Below are positions 1 through 10,665 of a stretch of DNA of 64,000 bases, piece after piece (within the stretch, counting starts at the first letter, position 1; each line of letters opens with the position of its first letter). The notes under the pieces are model-generated. The model was not told where the DNA came from, did no database searches, and was given only the letters and a program-made list of their open reading frames with translations. Source of the stretch: Candidatus Binatia bacterium. GTDB lineage: Bacteria; Desulfobacterota; Binatia; UBA9968; CAXXLF01. The position numbers and the translations under genes were made by a program. The stretch spans positions 960,001 to 1,024,000 of the forward strand of contig CAXXLF010000002.1 in assembly GCA_963664015.2 (NCBI GenBank), given 5' to 3'.

Positions 1-758
1 CTTCCTTCCAGCCGATCCTCGGGACCCACCTGAAGGATCTTGCCAATGAAAGTCTTGCGAGATGGACCCACCAGCAGAGGTTGCCCCAAAGTGCCTAAGG
101 TCGATAGAGAGCGCAGGAGCTCCAGATTGTGATCCAGATTTTTCCCGAATCCGATCCCCGGATCAATAATGATGTTCACGGGTTCCACCCCTACTGAATT
201 TGCGAATTCTATTTGGTTTCGCAAAAAATCGGCTACCTCTTGAACGACATTACTATAATTCGGCTGGGCCTGCATGGTCCGAGGCTCACCTTGCATATGC
301 ATGAGGATCACCGGCACCTTCTCTCGTGCCACTAGTGACGCCATGGCAGGGTCAAATTGCAAGGCACTAATGTCATTGACCAGATCCGCCCCTTCGTCCA
401 GAGCACGACGCGCCACGTGGGCCTTGGTGGTATCCACCGAGAGGGGAATGTTTACCGCCCGACGAAGCCCTTGAAGGACCGGGATCACCCTATCTAATTC
501 TTCGTCGTCAGAGACCGGCTCAGCCCCTGGGCGTGTGGATTCACCGCCGATGTCGATCACATCGGCCCCTTCGTCTGCCAGCTCAGTACCACGGGCAATT
601 GCCCTGTTGGGGTCCAGAAACCTCCCTCCATCAGAAAATGAATCCGGCGTAATATTGAGAACCCCCATGATAGCCGTTCGACGGCTCATGTCTATGTTTC
701 CATGACGAGTAGGAAGGACCCAGCCAAACTCGCCAGACTGGTTCCGGGAATGTTGCAT
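1..758 (-). CDS. folP: Dihydropteroate synthase (3' end runs off the window)
   Basis: Manual minus-strand translation from ATG at 758 gives IMGVLNITPDSFSDGG, DIGGESTRPGA, MHMQGEP and IDPGIGFGK; lies downstream of ftsH as is usual. Confidence 0.95.
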   Translation of the reverse strand, partial: MQHSRNQSGEFGWVLPTRHGNIDMSRRTAIMGVLNITPDSFSDGGRFLDPNRAIARGTELADEGADVIDIGGESTRPGAEPVSDDEELDRVIPVLQGLRRAVNIPLSVDTTKAHVARRALDEGADLVNDISALQFDPAMASLVAREKVPVILMHMQGEPRTMQAQPNYSNVVQEVADFLRNQIEFANSVGVEPVNIIIDPGIGFGKNLDHNLELLRSLSTLGTLGQPLLVGPSRKTFIGKILQVGPEDRLEG

Positions 759-916
759 GATGTCCAAGGAAAAATCCGATTGACCGGGCATTGATCTAAA
801 CGTGAGCCCCTCCCTCTCCTAGGATCCTGCCCCTCATCGTCGGGCAATCTGTCTTTGAACTGAAAATCGGAATTGAAGAGGGCTGGGTGATCCCTCGGCA
901 GGTCGATCTCGTTAAT

Positions 917-2755
917 TTAGACGTTGGCCGGCGCGGGTCCCATCGTTAGGGGTGATCCGTTGTTGCTGCCGAACTCCCGGACCAGGGTATCGATCTCGGA
1001 ACCGTCCAGGACCTCTTTTTCGAGAAGCCTCTGCGCCAATTTGTGGAGTAGCTCAAGGTTGGTGGTCAGGATATTCTTGGCCCGCTCATAGTTCTCCTGG
1101 ATGATACGCCGGACCTCGGCATCGATGGCAGCGGATGTACTTTCTGAAAAGTCCTGTTGCTGGGTGAAGTCCCTGCCAAGGAAGATCTGCTCCTCCTTTT
1201 TGCCAAAGGTCATGGGGCCCAATTTCTCACTCATCCCCCATTCACACACCATTCGACGGGCAAGGTCCGTAGCCCGTTCGATATCATTGCCTGCACCGGT
1301 GGTCATGCTATCGAGCACCAACTCCTCAGCCACCCGTCCCCCGAAAAGGATGGTAATGTTGTTGAGCAGGTAGTCCAAGGGATAGGTATGTTTTTCATCG
1401 ATCGGCAATTGTTGCGTTAAGCCAAGGGCCATTCCGCGAGGGATAATCGTAACCTTATGAATGGGGTCCGTACCCGGGATAAGGGTGGCCACGAGGGCAT
1501 GTCCGGCTTCATGATAGGCCGTATTACGCTTCTCTTCTTCACTGATGATCATGCTCTTGCGTTCGGAACCCATCATGACCTTGTCTTTCGCCAATTCAAA
1601 ATCGGCCATGTCGACCGTTTCTTTGTCGCTCTTGGCTGCCAGGAGCGCCGCTTCGTTCACCAGGTTTTCGAGATCGGCACCGGCAAACCCAGGGGTCCCA
1701 CGGGCCAGAACTTTGATGTCCACATCGTCGGCCAAGGGTACTTTGCGGATATGCACGGATAGGATCCCTTCTCTTCCCTTGATATCCGGGTGGGGGACGA
1801 CGACCCGGCGGTCGAAGCGACCCGGCCGAAGGAGGGCCGGGTCTAATACATCGGGACGATTGGTCGCGGCAATCAGGATGACCCCTTCATTGGTCTCAAA
1901 CCCGTCCATTTCAACCAGCAGCTGATTGAGGGTCTGCTCTCGCTCATCATGTCCTCCGCCCAAACCTGCACCTCGTTGCCGACCCACTGCGTCAATTTCG
2001 TCGATAAAAATAATACAAGGGGCGTTTTTCTTTCCTTGAACGAAGAGGTCTCTGACCCGAGAAGCCCCGACGCCCACAAACATTTCCACGAAATCAGACC
2101 CGCTGATGCTATAGAAAGGAACCCCCGCCTCTCCTGCGATAGCGCGAGCCAGCAAGGTCTTCCCGGTGCCCGGAGGGCCAACCAGAATGCACCCCTTAGG
2201 GATCCGACCTCCCAGCTTGGTAAACTTTTTAGGGTCTTTTAAGAATGCGATAATTTCCTCTAGGTCATCCTTTGCCTCTTCAACTCCAGCTACATCGTTG
2301 AAGGTTATCTTCGTCTGGTTTTCGTTGAGAAGCCGAGCCCGGCTCTTGCCGAAAGACATTGCCTTGCCACCACCAACCTGCATCTGCCGCATGAAGAAGA
2401 TCCATACGCCGATGAGCAGTAGCATGGGGAACCAGTTCACCAGGAGAACCACGTACCAGGGAGATTCGTCCTCCGGCTTCGCCGAGATTCTGATTTTTCT
2501 AGCCCTGAGTGTCTTGACCAGATCGGGATCGTAGGGAGCGAAGGTCTTAAATCGCTCTCCGTTCTGGTATTTGCCTAGGATATTCTGCCCTTGAATGGTT
2601 ACTTCCTGGATTTCGCCCTTATCGACTGCTATCCAGAAGTCGCTGAAAACCACTTCAGGGTCCTTGCGTTGCTGACGTGTAAAGACATTAAAGAGCAGGA
2701 GAAACATCAGCCCCAGGACCAGCCAGAGGGCTAAATTTTTAGATGTTTGGTTCAA
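917..2755 (-). CDS. ftsH: ATP-dependent zinc metalloprotease FtsH
   Basis: Two N-terminal TM segments, Walker A GPPGTGKT, Walker [14 protein letters not shown] zinc motif. Confidence 0.98.
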   Translation of the reverse strand: MNQTSKNLALWLVLGLMFLLLFNVFTRQQRKDPEVVFSDFWIAVDKGEIQEVTIQGQNILGKYQNGERFKTFAPYDPDLVKTLRARKIRISAKPEDESPWYVVLLVNWFPMLLLIGVWIFFMRQMQVGGGKAMSFGKSRARLLNENQTKITFNDVAGVEEAKDDLEEIIAFLKDPKKFTKLGGRIPKGCILVGPPGTGKTLLARAIAGEAGVPFYSISGSDFVEMFVGVGASRVRDLFVQGKKNAPCIIFIDEIDAVGRQRGAGLGGGHDEREQTLNQLLVEMDGFETNEGVILIAATNRPDVLDPALLRPGRFDRRVVVPHPDIKGREGILSVHIRKVPLADDVDIKVLARGTPGFAGADLENLVNEAALLAAKSDKETVDMADFELAKDKVMMGSERKSMIISEEEKRNTAYHEAGHALVATLIPGTDPIHKVTIIPRGMALGLTQQLPIDEKHTYPLDYLLNNITILFGGRVAEELVLDSMTTGAGNDIERATDLARRMVCEWGMSEKLGPMTFGKKEEQIFLGRDFTQQQDFSESTSAAIDAEVRRIIQENYERAKNILTTNLELLHKLAQRLLEKEVLDGSEIDTLVREFGSNNGSPLTMGPAPANV

Positions 2756-2944
2756 TCAATCGGTCCCAAATTAAAGACGTTCTATCTTTAAGGTTTACCA
2801 CAGGTACGGGTTTAGATCAATATCTTCACGCTATAAGAAAAGTTAGTATTTTCAAGGGGTAAGTACTGAACCACCCCGTGGCTGAGGCGTCAACTGCCGC
2901 TGCTTGTGCCTAGGACAAGAAAGAACAATGGAGACACCAAAAAG

Positions 2945-3042
2945 TATCCACCTCCGCAGAGGACCATGGGCAACTTACTCCCCGTAGGTGCCTACGGCTT
3001 CGAAGGCCGGAAAGGCTGGATAAACCCGTTGAGGCTTCATTT
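2945..3042 (-). repeat. Short copy of a dispersed palindromic (MITE/REP-like) element
   Basis: Reverse complement begins AAATGAAGCCTCAACGGGTTTA (20/22 identical to 20401-20422) and ends CCCATGGTCCTCTGCGGAGGTGGATA (23/26 identical to 20595-20620). Confidence 0.75.
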
Positions 3043-3079
3043 TAATTCTATCCTATGGATACAAAGCCTAGCACAAACA

Positions 3080-4522
3080 TTAAGCAGGTCCATCCATGGA
3101 GGATAGCCGTACTTTTAGGAGCTCACGGGTTCGGGGCCCGGTCTTAGCAAACTCACTCCTTCCGTAGGAGGGAATCCAAAGGATCCAATCTCCGGCCAGC
3201 ACGATAGGCAGGGTCCTTCGAATTGGGAAAGGGACCTTCTTCTCAATAAAGAGATCCTTGACCTTTTTATGCCCTTGCATCCCTAGGGGTTGGAACCGGT
3301 CCCCAGCGCGAAAATTGCGCACGGTCAGGGTCTCAGGCAGAACGGCGCTATCAAAGACTGCCTCCATCTCGCTCTGTGGCCGTGCAGCATCGGCTTCGTA
3401 TGAGACTCCCGAGCTCTGCAGTTCCACGCCAGCTTCGGGGATCAAGACCCTCCCCCCATGGGGAAGCAGGTAATGGTAATGAACCGTGTCCGGTCCTTTA
3501 CCACCGGTTTTCTCGATCCGCACGTGATCATACTCCCGGCAGAGCTGCCACCCTCCAGGGAGAGAAAGACGGCCCTGCACGGGTCCTTGACCGACGAATC
3601 TAAGGGCCCGCTCGATATCTTCAAAGCCTACTCCCAACAAGCTGCCCGTGCGTGCTTCAAGCCAAGAACGCATCACTCTTCGCTGCATGGCCGCACCTTG
3701 ACCTAGCAAGGCCCCACGCAAAAGATCGGGGCCGACAACGAGCTTCTCGAGAAGCGCCCCTCCTACCTCATCGAGAATCTTTTCCTCTTCCCGCCAGATA
3801 TCGGCCAGATGGGCCAATCGTTCAGTCAATCGGTTATCGACCCTCTCTTTGAGTTGCAAAAGTAAACGGTGGCGGATCCAGTTCCGTAGGTAACGACAGT
3901 CAAGATTGGTGGAGTCCTCTCTGAATTCCAAGCTCTCTGCTTTCAGATAGGTCATGATCTCTTGCCTGGAAACCTCAATGAGGGGTCGCACCAGCATCGA
4001 CACGTTTCCCCCCTCTGAGTCGTTGAAGATCCGCCGCTTTGGAGGCATACCACCCAGTCCTCTTCTGCCAGTACCGCGAATGAGCCACATGAGCATAGTT
4101 TCCGCTTGATCGTCCCTCGTGTGGCCTGTAGCAACCCGATTGTAGCCAAACTCCACAGCCACAGAGTTGAAGAATTGGTACCGTTCCCTTCGGCCCAGGG
4201 CCTCCAGGTTTGTCTGATCTCCAACAGACTTCAATTGGGGGAGATCGACCTCCTTCAAGAAAAACGGGACACCTTTTTCTTTGGCCAACTGAGCCACAGA
4301 AAGCGCATCCCGTCTGGCCTCCTCGCCACGAACCCCATGGCCCAGGTGAGCCACTGCCAGGCGCCAACCGTACTCGTCTTTGAGGCCAAACAAGATATGA
4401 AACAGGGCTACCGAATCCGGACCTCCCGACACACCCACCAAGACTCCGTCACCCCTCGTCAAGAGCTGGTGTTTTCCGATACAGTCGTTAACTTTTTTTG
4501 CCAGGTTCACGATCAGGTACAC
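3080..4522 (-). CDS. tilS: tRNA(Ile)-lysidine synthetase
   Basis: SGGPDS PP-loop, GHTRDDQAET, RPL, DSTN...RNWIRH, C-terminal GDRF..GM.GHKKVKDLFI domain. Confidence 0.96.
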   Translation of the reverse strand: MYLIVNLAKKVNDCIGKHQLLTRGDGVLVGVSGGPDSVALFHILFGLKDEYGWRLAVAHLGHGVRGEEARRDALSVAQLAKEKGVPFFLKEVDLPQLKSVGDQTNLEALGRRERYQFFNSVAVEFGYNRVATGHTRDDQAETMLMWLIRGTGRRGLGGMPPKRRIFNDSEGGNVSMLVRPLIEVSRQEIMTYLKAESLEFREDSTNLDCRYLRNWIRHRLLLQLKERVDNRLTERLAHLADIWREEEKILDEVGGALLEKLVVGPDLLRGALLGQGAAMQRRVMRSWLEARTGSLLGVGFEDIERALRFVGQGPVQGRLSLPGGWQLCREYDHVRIEKTGGKGPDTVHYHYLLPHGGRVLIPEAGVELQSSGVSYEADAARPQSEMEAVFDSAVLPETLTVRNFRAGDRFQPLGMQGHKKVKDLFIEKKVPFPIRRTLPIVLAGDWILWIPSYGRSEFAKTGPRTRELLKVRLSSMDGPA

Positions 4523-4603
4523 CCCTTAAAGTAAAATCCTGCGCGCTTTACCCCTCCAAAGCAAGGCCCGCAGCGGCCGATTCGTGTCGGATCGAGGTTG
4601 AAT

Positions 4604-5692
4604 TTAGAACCTCAATCCCTCCGCGTATCCTGTCAATTCCACATAGCCGAGGCCACGGACCTCTCCATCCCCCATCGTACCGCGGATACGGACGCTTCCC
4701 TCCCAGTAGGTGACTCGAGTGCTTTTACGGGCATTGATTTCCTGCTGGGCAAAGAACGGGAGGACTTCTAACTCGAGTTTTTCCGTTGGGATTCGGACCT
4801 TCCATCCCATAGGATAGGTCGCTCGACTTTGCGGGCTGGTCCATTGCTCCAGCACCCGAATGTTATAAGCGTCGAGAGATAATTTTCGCGTCGTCCCGTC
4901 CTTGTAGACCAGGGTGCCACTTGACACCGGGTCAACTGTGCCATCCCGTCGTCGCATGAGATAGAGCATCAGTTCCGTTTCGTTGTTGAGCTGAAGGCTG
5001 AACCAGTCCCATCCAATCTGATCCTTACCTAATTGGTCACTACCAAACTCATGGTCCATCCAAGACAGTCCCTGAACTTTTTCGGCTCGACGGTTGATTT
5101 GCACGACCCCCTCGGTCTTGATGCGGGTCAGCGAATAATAGTAGGAGGCTCGCCCGGCACCTTGCCCCTTGCGGCTCAGACCGTTATCACCATGCAGAAC
5201 TGGAGGCTTCGTCGGGGTCAAGCGCAATTGCAAAGAGTGCTTCCCGTCTTTGACCGTGATCACATGGGTTTTTCCCTCAAGCACGACCCTCCAGTCTTCG
5301 TTCCAGACCCGGTAATGTCCTACATTAGCGCCGGCCTTGCCTTCGTAACCCCGGTTGACCCTCTCCCGGAAGATAAAGGTCTCAGCATCCTTGTCGGAAA
5401 GTACGAAGTGGGCCATGTATAGATCGGTAAAAAGCGCGGCCGCACCCGTCTCCTGGCGATCTCTAAGGCCAATACGAAAAAAAGTCACCTGGTAGCCGTA
5501 CCGTTTTCCACTCTCTGTTTCTAAGTGCCCGGTATAGTACCACCACTCGGTGCTGTAGTCTGGATGAGCGGAATGATCGTTTGGGAAGAAAAACTCACGG
5601 CGATCCAAGGCCCGCTGGTAACGGAAGGACGTGGACAGCAACAAAACCGCCACTAACCCCAAGGCTATCCATTTTCGACTAAGCACAATCAC
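4604..5692 (-). CDS. AttH/CrtC-like secreted lipocalin-fold protein
   Basis: Signal peptide; FPNDH..HP...TEWWYYTG, SYYYS, SWMDHEF, GWDWFSLQL, YWEG and GYVELTGY motifs. Confidence 0.85.
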   Translation of the reverse strand: MIVLSRKWIALGLVAVLLLSTSFRYQRALDRREFFFPNDHSAHPDYSTEWWYYTGHLETESGKRYGYQVTFFRIGLRDRQETGAAALFTDLYMAHFVLSDKDAETFIFRERVNRGYEGKAGANVGHYRVWNEDWRVVLEGKTHVITVKDGKHSLQLRLTPTKPPVLHGDNGLSRKGQGAGRASYYYSLTRIKTEGVVQINRRAEKVQGLSWMDHEFGSDQLGKDQIGWDWFSLQLNNETELMLYLMRRRDGTVDPVSSGTLVYKDGTTRKLSLDAYNIRVLEQWTSPQSRATYPMGWKVRIPTEKLELEVLPFFAQQEINARKSTRVTYWEGSVRIRGTMGDGEVRGLGYVELTGYAEGLRF

Positions 5693-5801
5693 ACCTCCAT
5701 CATTAGAATAACAGATTCTGGAAGCGTACCCTACTGGCAGTTTTCATGGCTTCTGAAAAATGGTTTGAGACAGTTTCGAAGTAATGCTATAGGGGACACT
5801 T

Positions 5802-6635
5802 ATGAAACAGGGAGAATCCAATCGCCGTGATCTTTTGACGAGGCCAAAGGCGGTGGAGGAGCGATTGCACGATGGCTCTCTGTGCCTTGTCGACACCCGA
5901 CCTGCAGAGCAGTTCGCCCACCACCACATCCCTGGAGCCATTCATTTTGACCTGTTCGGCTTAAGCCTCAGTGACACCAGTCCCGCGCCACTGAAGGCTT
6001 TTCTCGTGATGATGCACCACCTTTTCGAACTCCGTGGCCTGACCCAAGAGACAAAGGTCATTTTTTACGAAGAGACCTCCGGAATGAGGGCCGCTCGGGG
6101 TTTATGGTTCATGGATTATTTTGGCCACCAGAACGCGCAGGTGCTGGACGGGGGCATGGGCGCGTGGCGGCGAGCAGACTACCCCGTCACAACCGATTGT
6201 ACCATCCCAAAACCTGGAAAATTGAAAATCACTATCAACAATGGGCTCCTGGCAACCGCCGACGATGTTCTCGGTTCCCTAAACGAAACAACTTGCATCG
6301 TCGATACCCGAAGTGACGATGAGTACCTGGGACGTCTCATCAGAGCAGCTCGTGGAGGCGCCGTGCCGGGCGCCATTCACCTCGAATGGACCCACAACCT
6401 GGACGCTGAGGGCAAGTACAAGACCCTCCCCGAACTGGAGACCCTGTATAGAAACGCGGGGATTACCCCCGACAAGGAGATCGTGGTCTACTGTCAGGGG
6501 GGATACCGTTCGGCTCACTCGTACGTGGCCCTCAAGCTTCTTGGCTATCCCAGAGTACGTAATTACTTAGGGTCGTGGAAAGAATGGGGTGACCGGTCGG
6601 ATCTACCGATCGAGAAACCCTGGGAGATGCAGTGA
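5802..6635 (+). CDS. Two-domain sulfurtransferase (rhodanese, SseA/TST-like)
   Basis: HIPGA, DTRS..EY, active-site loop YCQGGYRS, YLGSWKEW. Confidence 0.9.
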   Translation: MKQGESNRRDLLTRPKAVEERLHDGSLCLVDTRPAEQFAHHHIPGAIHFDLFGLSLSDTSPAPLKAFLVMMHHLFELRGLTQETKVIFYEETSGMRAARGLWFMDYFGHQNAQVLDGGMGAWRRADYPVTTDCTIPKPGKLKITINNGLLATADDVLGSLNETTCIVDTRSDDEYLGRLIRAARGGAVPGAIHLEWTHNLDAEGKYKTLPELETLYRNAGITPDKEIVVYCQGGYRSAHSYVALKLLGYPRVRNYLGSWKEWGDRSDLPIEKPWEMQ

Positions 6636-7825
6636 AGAATCCCTCACAACCGAAGCCGCGTCAAAGACCCGCAGCACCGAAAGAAATTGACATCAAGGGA
6701 CTAGGCCAAGGCCTGGTCTCCTCACTGAATCGGAAAAGCATCTTACAGGAACTGGCCAAGGGGCTCAAAAGCCCCATTCCCTACGATCGTCTAACGGTCT
6801 TCGATTACGGGGAACGGAAAGCGCCTCGACGTGTTTTTGTTACCCCATCCCACCAGGGCGAACCGACCACCCAGAGCCGCTTCAACGCAGCGGCGAAACG
6901 CATCAGCGCAAGACTGGCGCGAGAGAAGCGGACCTTCAATTGGCATGCAAAAGGCTCGCCAATGGGAGCTGAGGCAGAGTGCCTTTCAAGGGCGGGTTTC
7001 AACTCCTATCTGGCCCTACCCTTAATCCACCGACGTCGTGTCATTGGGAGCTTCCACCTTGCCCGCAAGGGAACCCAAGCCTACACCGCTGAGGAGCTCC
7101 GGGTGCTCGACTCTGTATCCCATTGGTTGACTATGGCTATGGGCAATGCCCTTCTCTATCAGACGGTTAAGAGCAAGAACGAAGCGCTACAAGAAGCGTC
7201 CGAGTACAAGTCCCAATTTCTCGCCAGGATGTCTGATGAGATTCGCACCCACCTGGGGGTTCTGGTCGGTTTTCTAGACATTTTACACGCCGGGACCCTG
7301 GGACCCGTTAACGAAGAACAAAGAAACGCATTGGATAAGATGCAGTCCCAGTCCCGAAAATTGCAAAAGATGATCAACGACGTCTTAAATCAGTCACGTA
7401 TCGAGGAAGGGAGCATTCCCCTCGAGGTGTCCACCTTTGCCATCGAACGGATCATCGAACCCCAACTTCCAACATTAACAACCGATGCCCCCAAGCGGGA
7501 AGAGATCCTTCAGAACCTGATCGTGAACGCATTCAAGTACACGCCCGAGGGAGAAGTGCGCATTCGGATCAAGAACAAACCCGAGTTTCGTCGTGTCGAG
7601 TTTGTTGTGGAAAATAGGGGACTGGGGATCTCGCAAAAAACGTAGCAAAGATTTTTGACGGCTTTCATCAAATCGACGCTACGGCCAGCAGCAAGGGGGT
7701 CGGTCTCGGCCTGACCATCGTCAAGAGATAGGTCGATCTATTGGACGGTGACATTCAGGTTCTAACCCACCCTGGCATAAGGATCGAGTTTTTACGTTAC
7801 GCTTCCGTACACCTTAGAAATCTGA
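6632..7825 (+). pseudogene. GAF-domain sensor histidine kinase, disrupted
   Basis: GAF, HisKA and HATPase N-box (NLIVNAFKYT). H-box reads MSDEIRTHL (His lost). Frameshift near 7640 gives a stop at 7643-7645; another frame continues KIFDGFHQ...GVGLGLTIVKR with TAG at 7729-7731; a further shift gives FYVTLPYTLEI* ending at 7825. Confidence 0.85.
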
Positions 7826-7881
7826 TCATCCATCCCGCCTAACATCACATGGGGGAGCCTAACCCCAGGGAGGATATGGGA

Positions 7882-8616
7882 ATGCAAATCAAGAACCAAG
7901 TAGCCATTATTACCGGTGGTGGGAGCGGGCTCGGACGGGCGATGGCCCTGGGGTTGGCCGCCGAAGGGGCCAGGGTGTTCATCGCCGACGTCAGGGAGCC
8001 CGAAGGCCGCAAGGTGGTTGACGAGATAAAGTCCCAAGGGGGCGAAGCGGATCTCTACGTCGGAGATATCAGTCAGGAAGAGACCGCCCAGCAACTGGTT
8101 GATAGCTGCATCCAACGAATGAAACGGATCGATATCCTGATCAACAACGCAGGTCTGAGGATGGAAGATCATGAGGACGGCGTCTTTGAAAACTGGAGGT
8201 GTTTGCGAAAGCAGCCAACCCACGAGCTCTCCATTGACCAATGGGATCTGGTCATCCGGGTTAACCTTAAGGCGGCCTTTCTCGGCACCCACTTTGCCCT
8301 GCCCCATTTGATCCGTCAAAGGCGCGGCACCATCATCAACACCTCTTCCGGGGCCGGAACCCGTGGCACTGCCGGCAAAAGCGCCTACTGTGCCTCCAAG
8401 CACGGTATCGAGGGTTTTACCAAGAGCGTTGCTGAAGAGGTCCGCGAGTACGGTATCAGCGTCAACGCGATCCATCCGGGACGCGGCCGGGCCAATGTGG
8501 ACGGCCGTGGGGGCGCGGACCCTGACGTCGTCGTCCCACCGGTCCTTTATCTTTGCCGACAGGACGAACCGAAAGTGACCGGCCAATCGATAACCGGACA
8601 AGATTGGCAAGATTAA
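7882..8616 (+). CDS. SDR family oxidoreductase
   Basis: TGGGSGLG, NNAG, YCASK; GGAGGA SD 7 nt before ATG 7882. Confidence 0.9.
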   Translation: MQIKNQVAIITGGGSGLGRAMALGLAAEGARVFIADVREPEGRKVVDEIKSQGGEADLYVGDISQEETAQQLVDSCIQRMKRIDILINNAGLRMEDHEDGVFENWRCLRKQPTHELSIDQWDLVIRVNLKAAFLGTHFALPHLIRQRRGTIINTSSGAGTRGTAGKSAYCASKHGIEGFTKSVAEEVREYGISVNAIHPGRGRANVDGRGGADPDVVVPPVLYLCRQDEPKVTGQSITGQDWQD

Positions 8617-8679
8617 CAAGATTGGAGAGAGGGACTAGATAGGGTAAGGGTCTCTAATCGTGGTTCCGAATCGGTCCGA

Positions 8680-9840
8680 TCAAGAACCGCCGGCCTGGAC
8701 TGGACGGGGCCCCTTGGTTTCGCCTAGGCTACGAATCTCCGGATAGACTTCTCGGGCAAAGAGCTCCATGCTCCGGCGGGTTTCCGCTGCATTCATAAAA
8801 CCGGCCTGATTCATCATCAGGAGGTGCCCCACGCCGCATCGCTCGTGCAAGTATTTTACTTTTCCAGTTACTGTCTTTGGGCTCCCGCAAATGACCACCC
8901 CCTGGGCCTTCAACTGCTCCCAGGACCGCGTGTAACGGGCATCGCCTTTCGGATCATAGAATTTGGCCAGGGCCTGAATGGGGGCAAATCCGTAGGGCGC
9001 GAAGAAGCCTGCCGGGCGTCTGCGGTTCAAGTACCAGAGAAGTTTTTTTCCTGTCTCCTCGGCCTGTTGATCGGTTTCCCCGGTGTAGCAAAGCCCCAGG
9101 TAGGCAAATTTCTCTGGGGCTGGTTCCGGGTACGCCATTTCCCGGCAGCGTTCCCGATACCTGTTAAACAGGGCATCGGTCTGGTCGTAGGACGTCAGAA
9201 AGGCACAAAAGGTATATTGGTGATCGGCGACCCAAGGAGCGCCGTCCGGGTTGCTGCCCGTGATCCAGATAGGTGGATGGGGCTGTTGATAGGGACGCGG
9301 CCAGGGGTTAACATAACGGTATTGAAAATGCTTCCCCTCCCAGTTGAACACCTCCTGGCAAGTCCACGCCTTTAAGATCAGATCGTGGGCCTCTTGCATC
9401 CTCTCCCGAGTGTGGGAGGGATTGGCATTGGCCGGGTGAATTTCGGTCCCTACCCCTCGTACAAAACCGATGATCATTCGCCCACCTGACAACACGTCCA
9501 ACATGGCGGCCTCTTCGGCCACCTGGACCGGATTGCGATGGACCACAGGGTAACCGACGATGGCTATCTTGGCCCGCTTGGTACGTCGGATCAGTGCGGC
9601 CGCACTGATAGAGACTTGGGCATCGAGGCACGTCGCGGTGGAGTGGTGTTCGTTGAGCATGATTTCCAGTCCCAGTTCGTCCGCGTACTCGAATTCGTCC
9701 AGATATCGGTTATACAGCTCGTGCCCCTTGTGAGGATCAAAGTATCGATTGAGAAGTGTCACGCGCATAGCGCCGAAACGATCCTCGACATCCTCCGGGA
9801 GGAAGGGATAAGGCATCTCGGAAAAATGATAGGCCAACAT
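8680..9840 (-). CDS. LLM-class (luciferase-like) flavin-dependent oxidoreductase
   Basis: NEHH, VAEEAAMLDVLSGGR, GFVRG, PRPYQQPHPPIW motifs; start at MLAYHF with SD. Confidence 0.9.
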   Translation of the reverse strand: MLAYHFSEMPYPFLPEDVEDRFGAMRVTLLNRYFDPHKGHELYNRYLDEFEYADELGLEIMLNEHHSTATCLDAQVSISAAALIRRTKRAKIAIVGYPVVHRNPVQVAEEAAMLDVLSGGRMIIGFVRGVGTEIHPANANPSHTRERMQEAHDLILKAWTCQEVFNWEGKHFQYRYVNPWPRPYQQPHPPIWITGSNPDGAPWVADHQYTFCAFLTSYDQTDALFNRYRERCREMAYPEPAPEKFAYLGLCYTGETDQQAEETGKKLLWYLNRRRPAGFFAPYGFAPIQALAKFYDPKGDARYTRSWEQLKAQGVVICGSPKTVTGKVKYLHERCGVGHLLMMNQAGFMNAAETRRSMELFAREVYPEIRSLGETKGPRPVQAGGS

Positions 9841-9856
9841 AGGAAGGTCCTCTCCG

Positions 9857-10651
9857 TTAGAGCAGGAATTCGGCCACTGCTCGCACAAACCCCCCAGGCT
9901 GCTCGAGATGGGGGTAATGGCCAGATTGAGAGATCAGTTGAAATTTAGAATCCGGGACCGCCTCGTGGTAGGCACGCCCATAGTCGGGCGAAACAACTCG
10001 GTCACTCTCCCCCCAGATGATCAGGGTTGGGATTCGGATCCGGGCTAACCGTCTTCGCAGCTTTGGGTTATGCATGAAGGGCTTCCATCCCAGGGCGAGC
10101 ACGGCTTGACGATTGAGCAGGCATTCGGTCAGCTCCGTTTCGCTCAAGTCCGCCATACCAGGGACCTTCATTTGGCCGGCCTTGGCCGGATCATGCCATG
10201 CCAGGCGGGCATGCTCCTCGGCAGGGATTACGAACAGATCCGCGATGTCACGCACCCAGGGTTCGGAGATCTTGATCCCAAAGGCATCGGCAAGGATTAG
10301 CCGCTTCAAATACACTTGGCATCGAACGGCCATCTCAGCGGCCACCCAATCCCCAAAGCCGATCCCCAGGAGGTGAACACCACTCGGGTGCAGCTTTTCC
10401 ATGAAGTCCAGCATTACATAGGCAAGATCGTCGACGCTGTCTACCCAAGAGGGGAGTTCGGAACGGCCCAGACCGGGTAGTGAAGGGACCAAGACCTGAA
10501 AGCGCTCGGCCAGTAAATTGTGGAACGGCAACATCTCCCGCCCGATCTCTTCCCCCTGAAGAATAACCAAGGCAGGCCCCTCCCCCTTGGTCCGCAGTTC
10601 CAGCGTGAATCCGTCAATCGCGACGGTTTGTTCTTGCCAAGAGGTTGCCAT
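9857..10651 (-). CDS. Alpha/beta-fold hydrolase homolog lacking the nucleophile Ser
   Basis: PGLGRS, IIWGESD, SGHYPHLEQP; nucleophile elbow reads GIGFG. Confidence 0.8.
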   Translation of the reverse strand: MATSWQEQTVAIDGFTLELRTKGEGPALVILQGEEIGREMLPFHNLLAERFQVLVPSLPGLGRSELPSWVDSVDDLAYVMLDFMEKLHPSGVHLLGIGFGDWVAAEMAVRCQVYLKRLILADAFGIKISEPWVRDIADLFVIPAEEHARLAWHDPAKAGQMKVPGMADLSETELTECLLNRQAVLALGWKPFMHNPKLRRRLARIRIPTLIIWGESDRVVSPDYGRAYHEAVPDSKFQLISQSGHYPHLEQPGGFVRAVAEFLL

Positions 10652-10665
10652 CGCATTCAAAGGAC

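Noticed and set aside
7792-8619. 275-aa antisense ORF over the SDR gene
   Set aside because: Long antisense frames are common opposite GC-rich genes such as SDRs; no motifs
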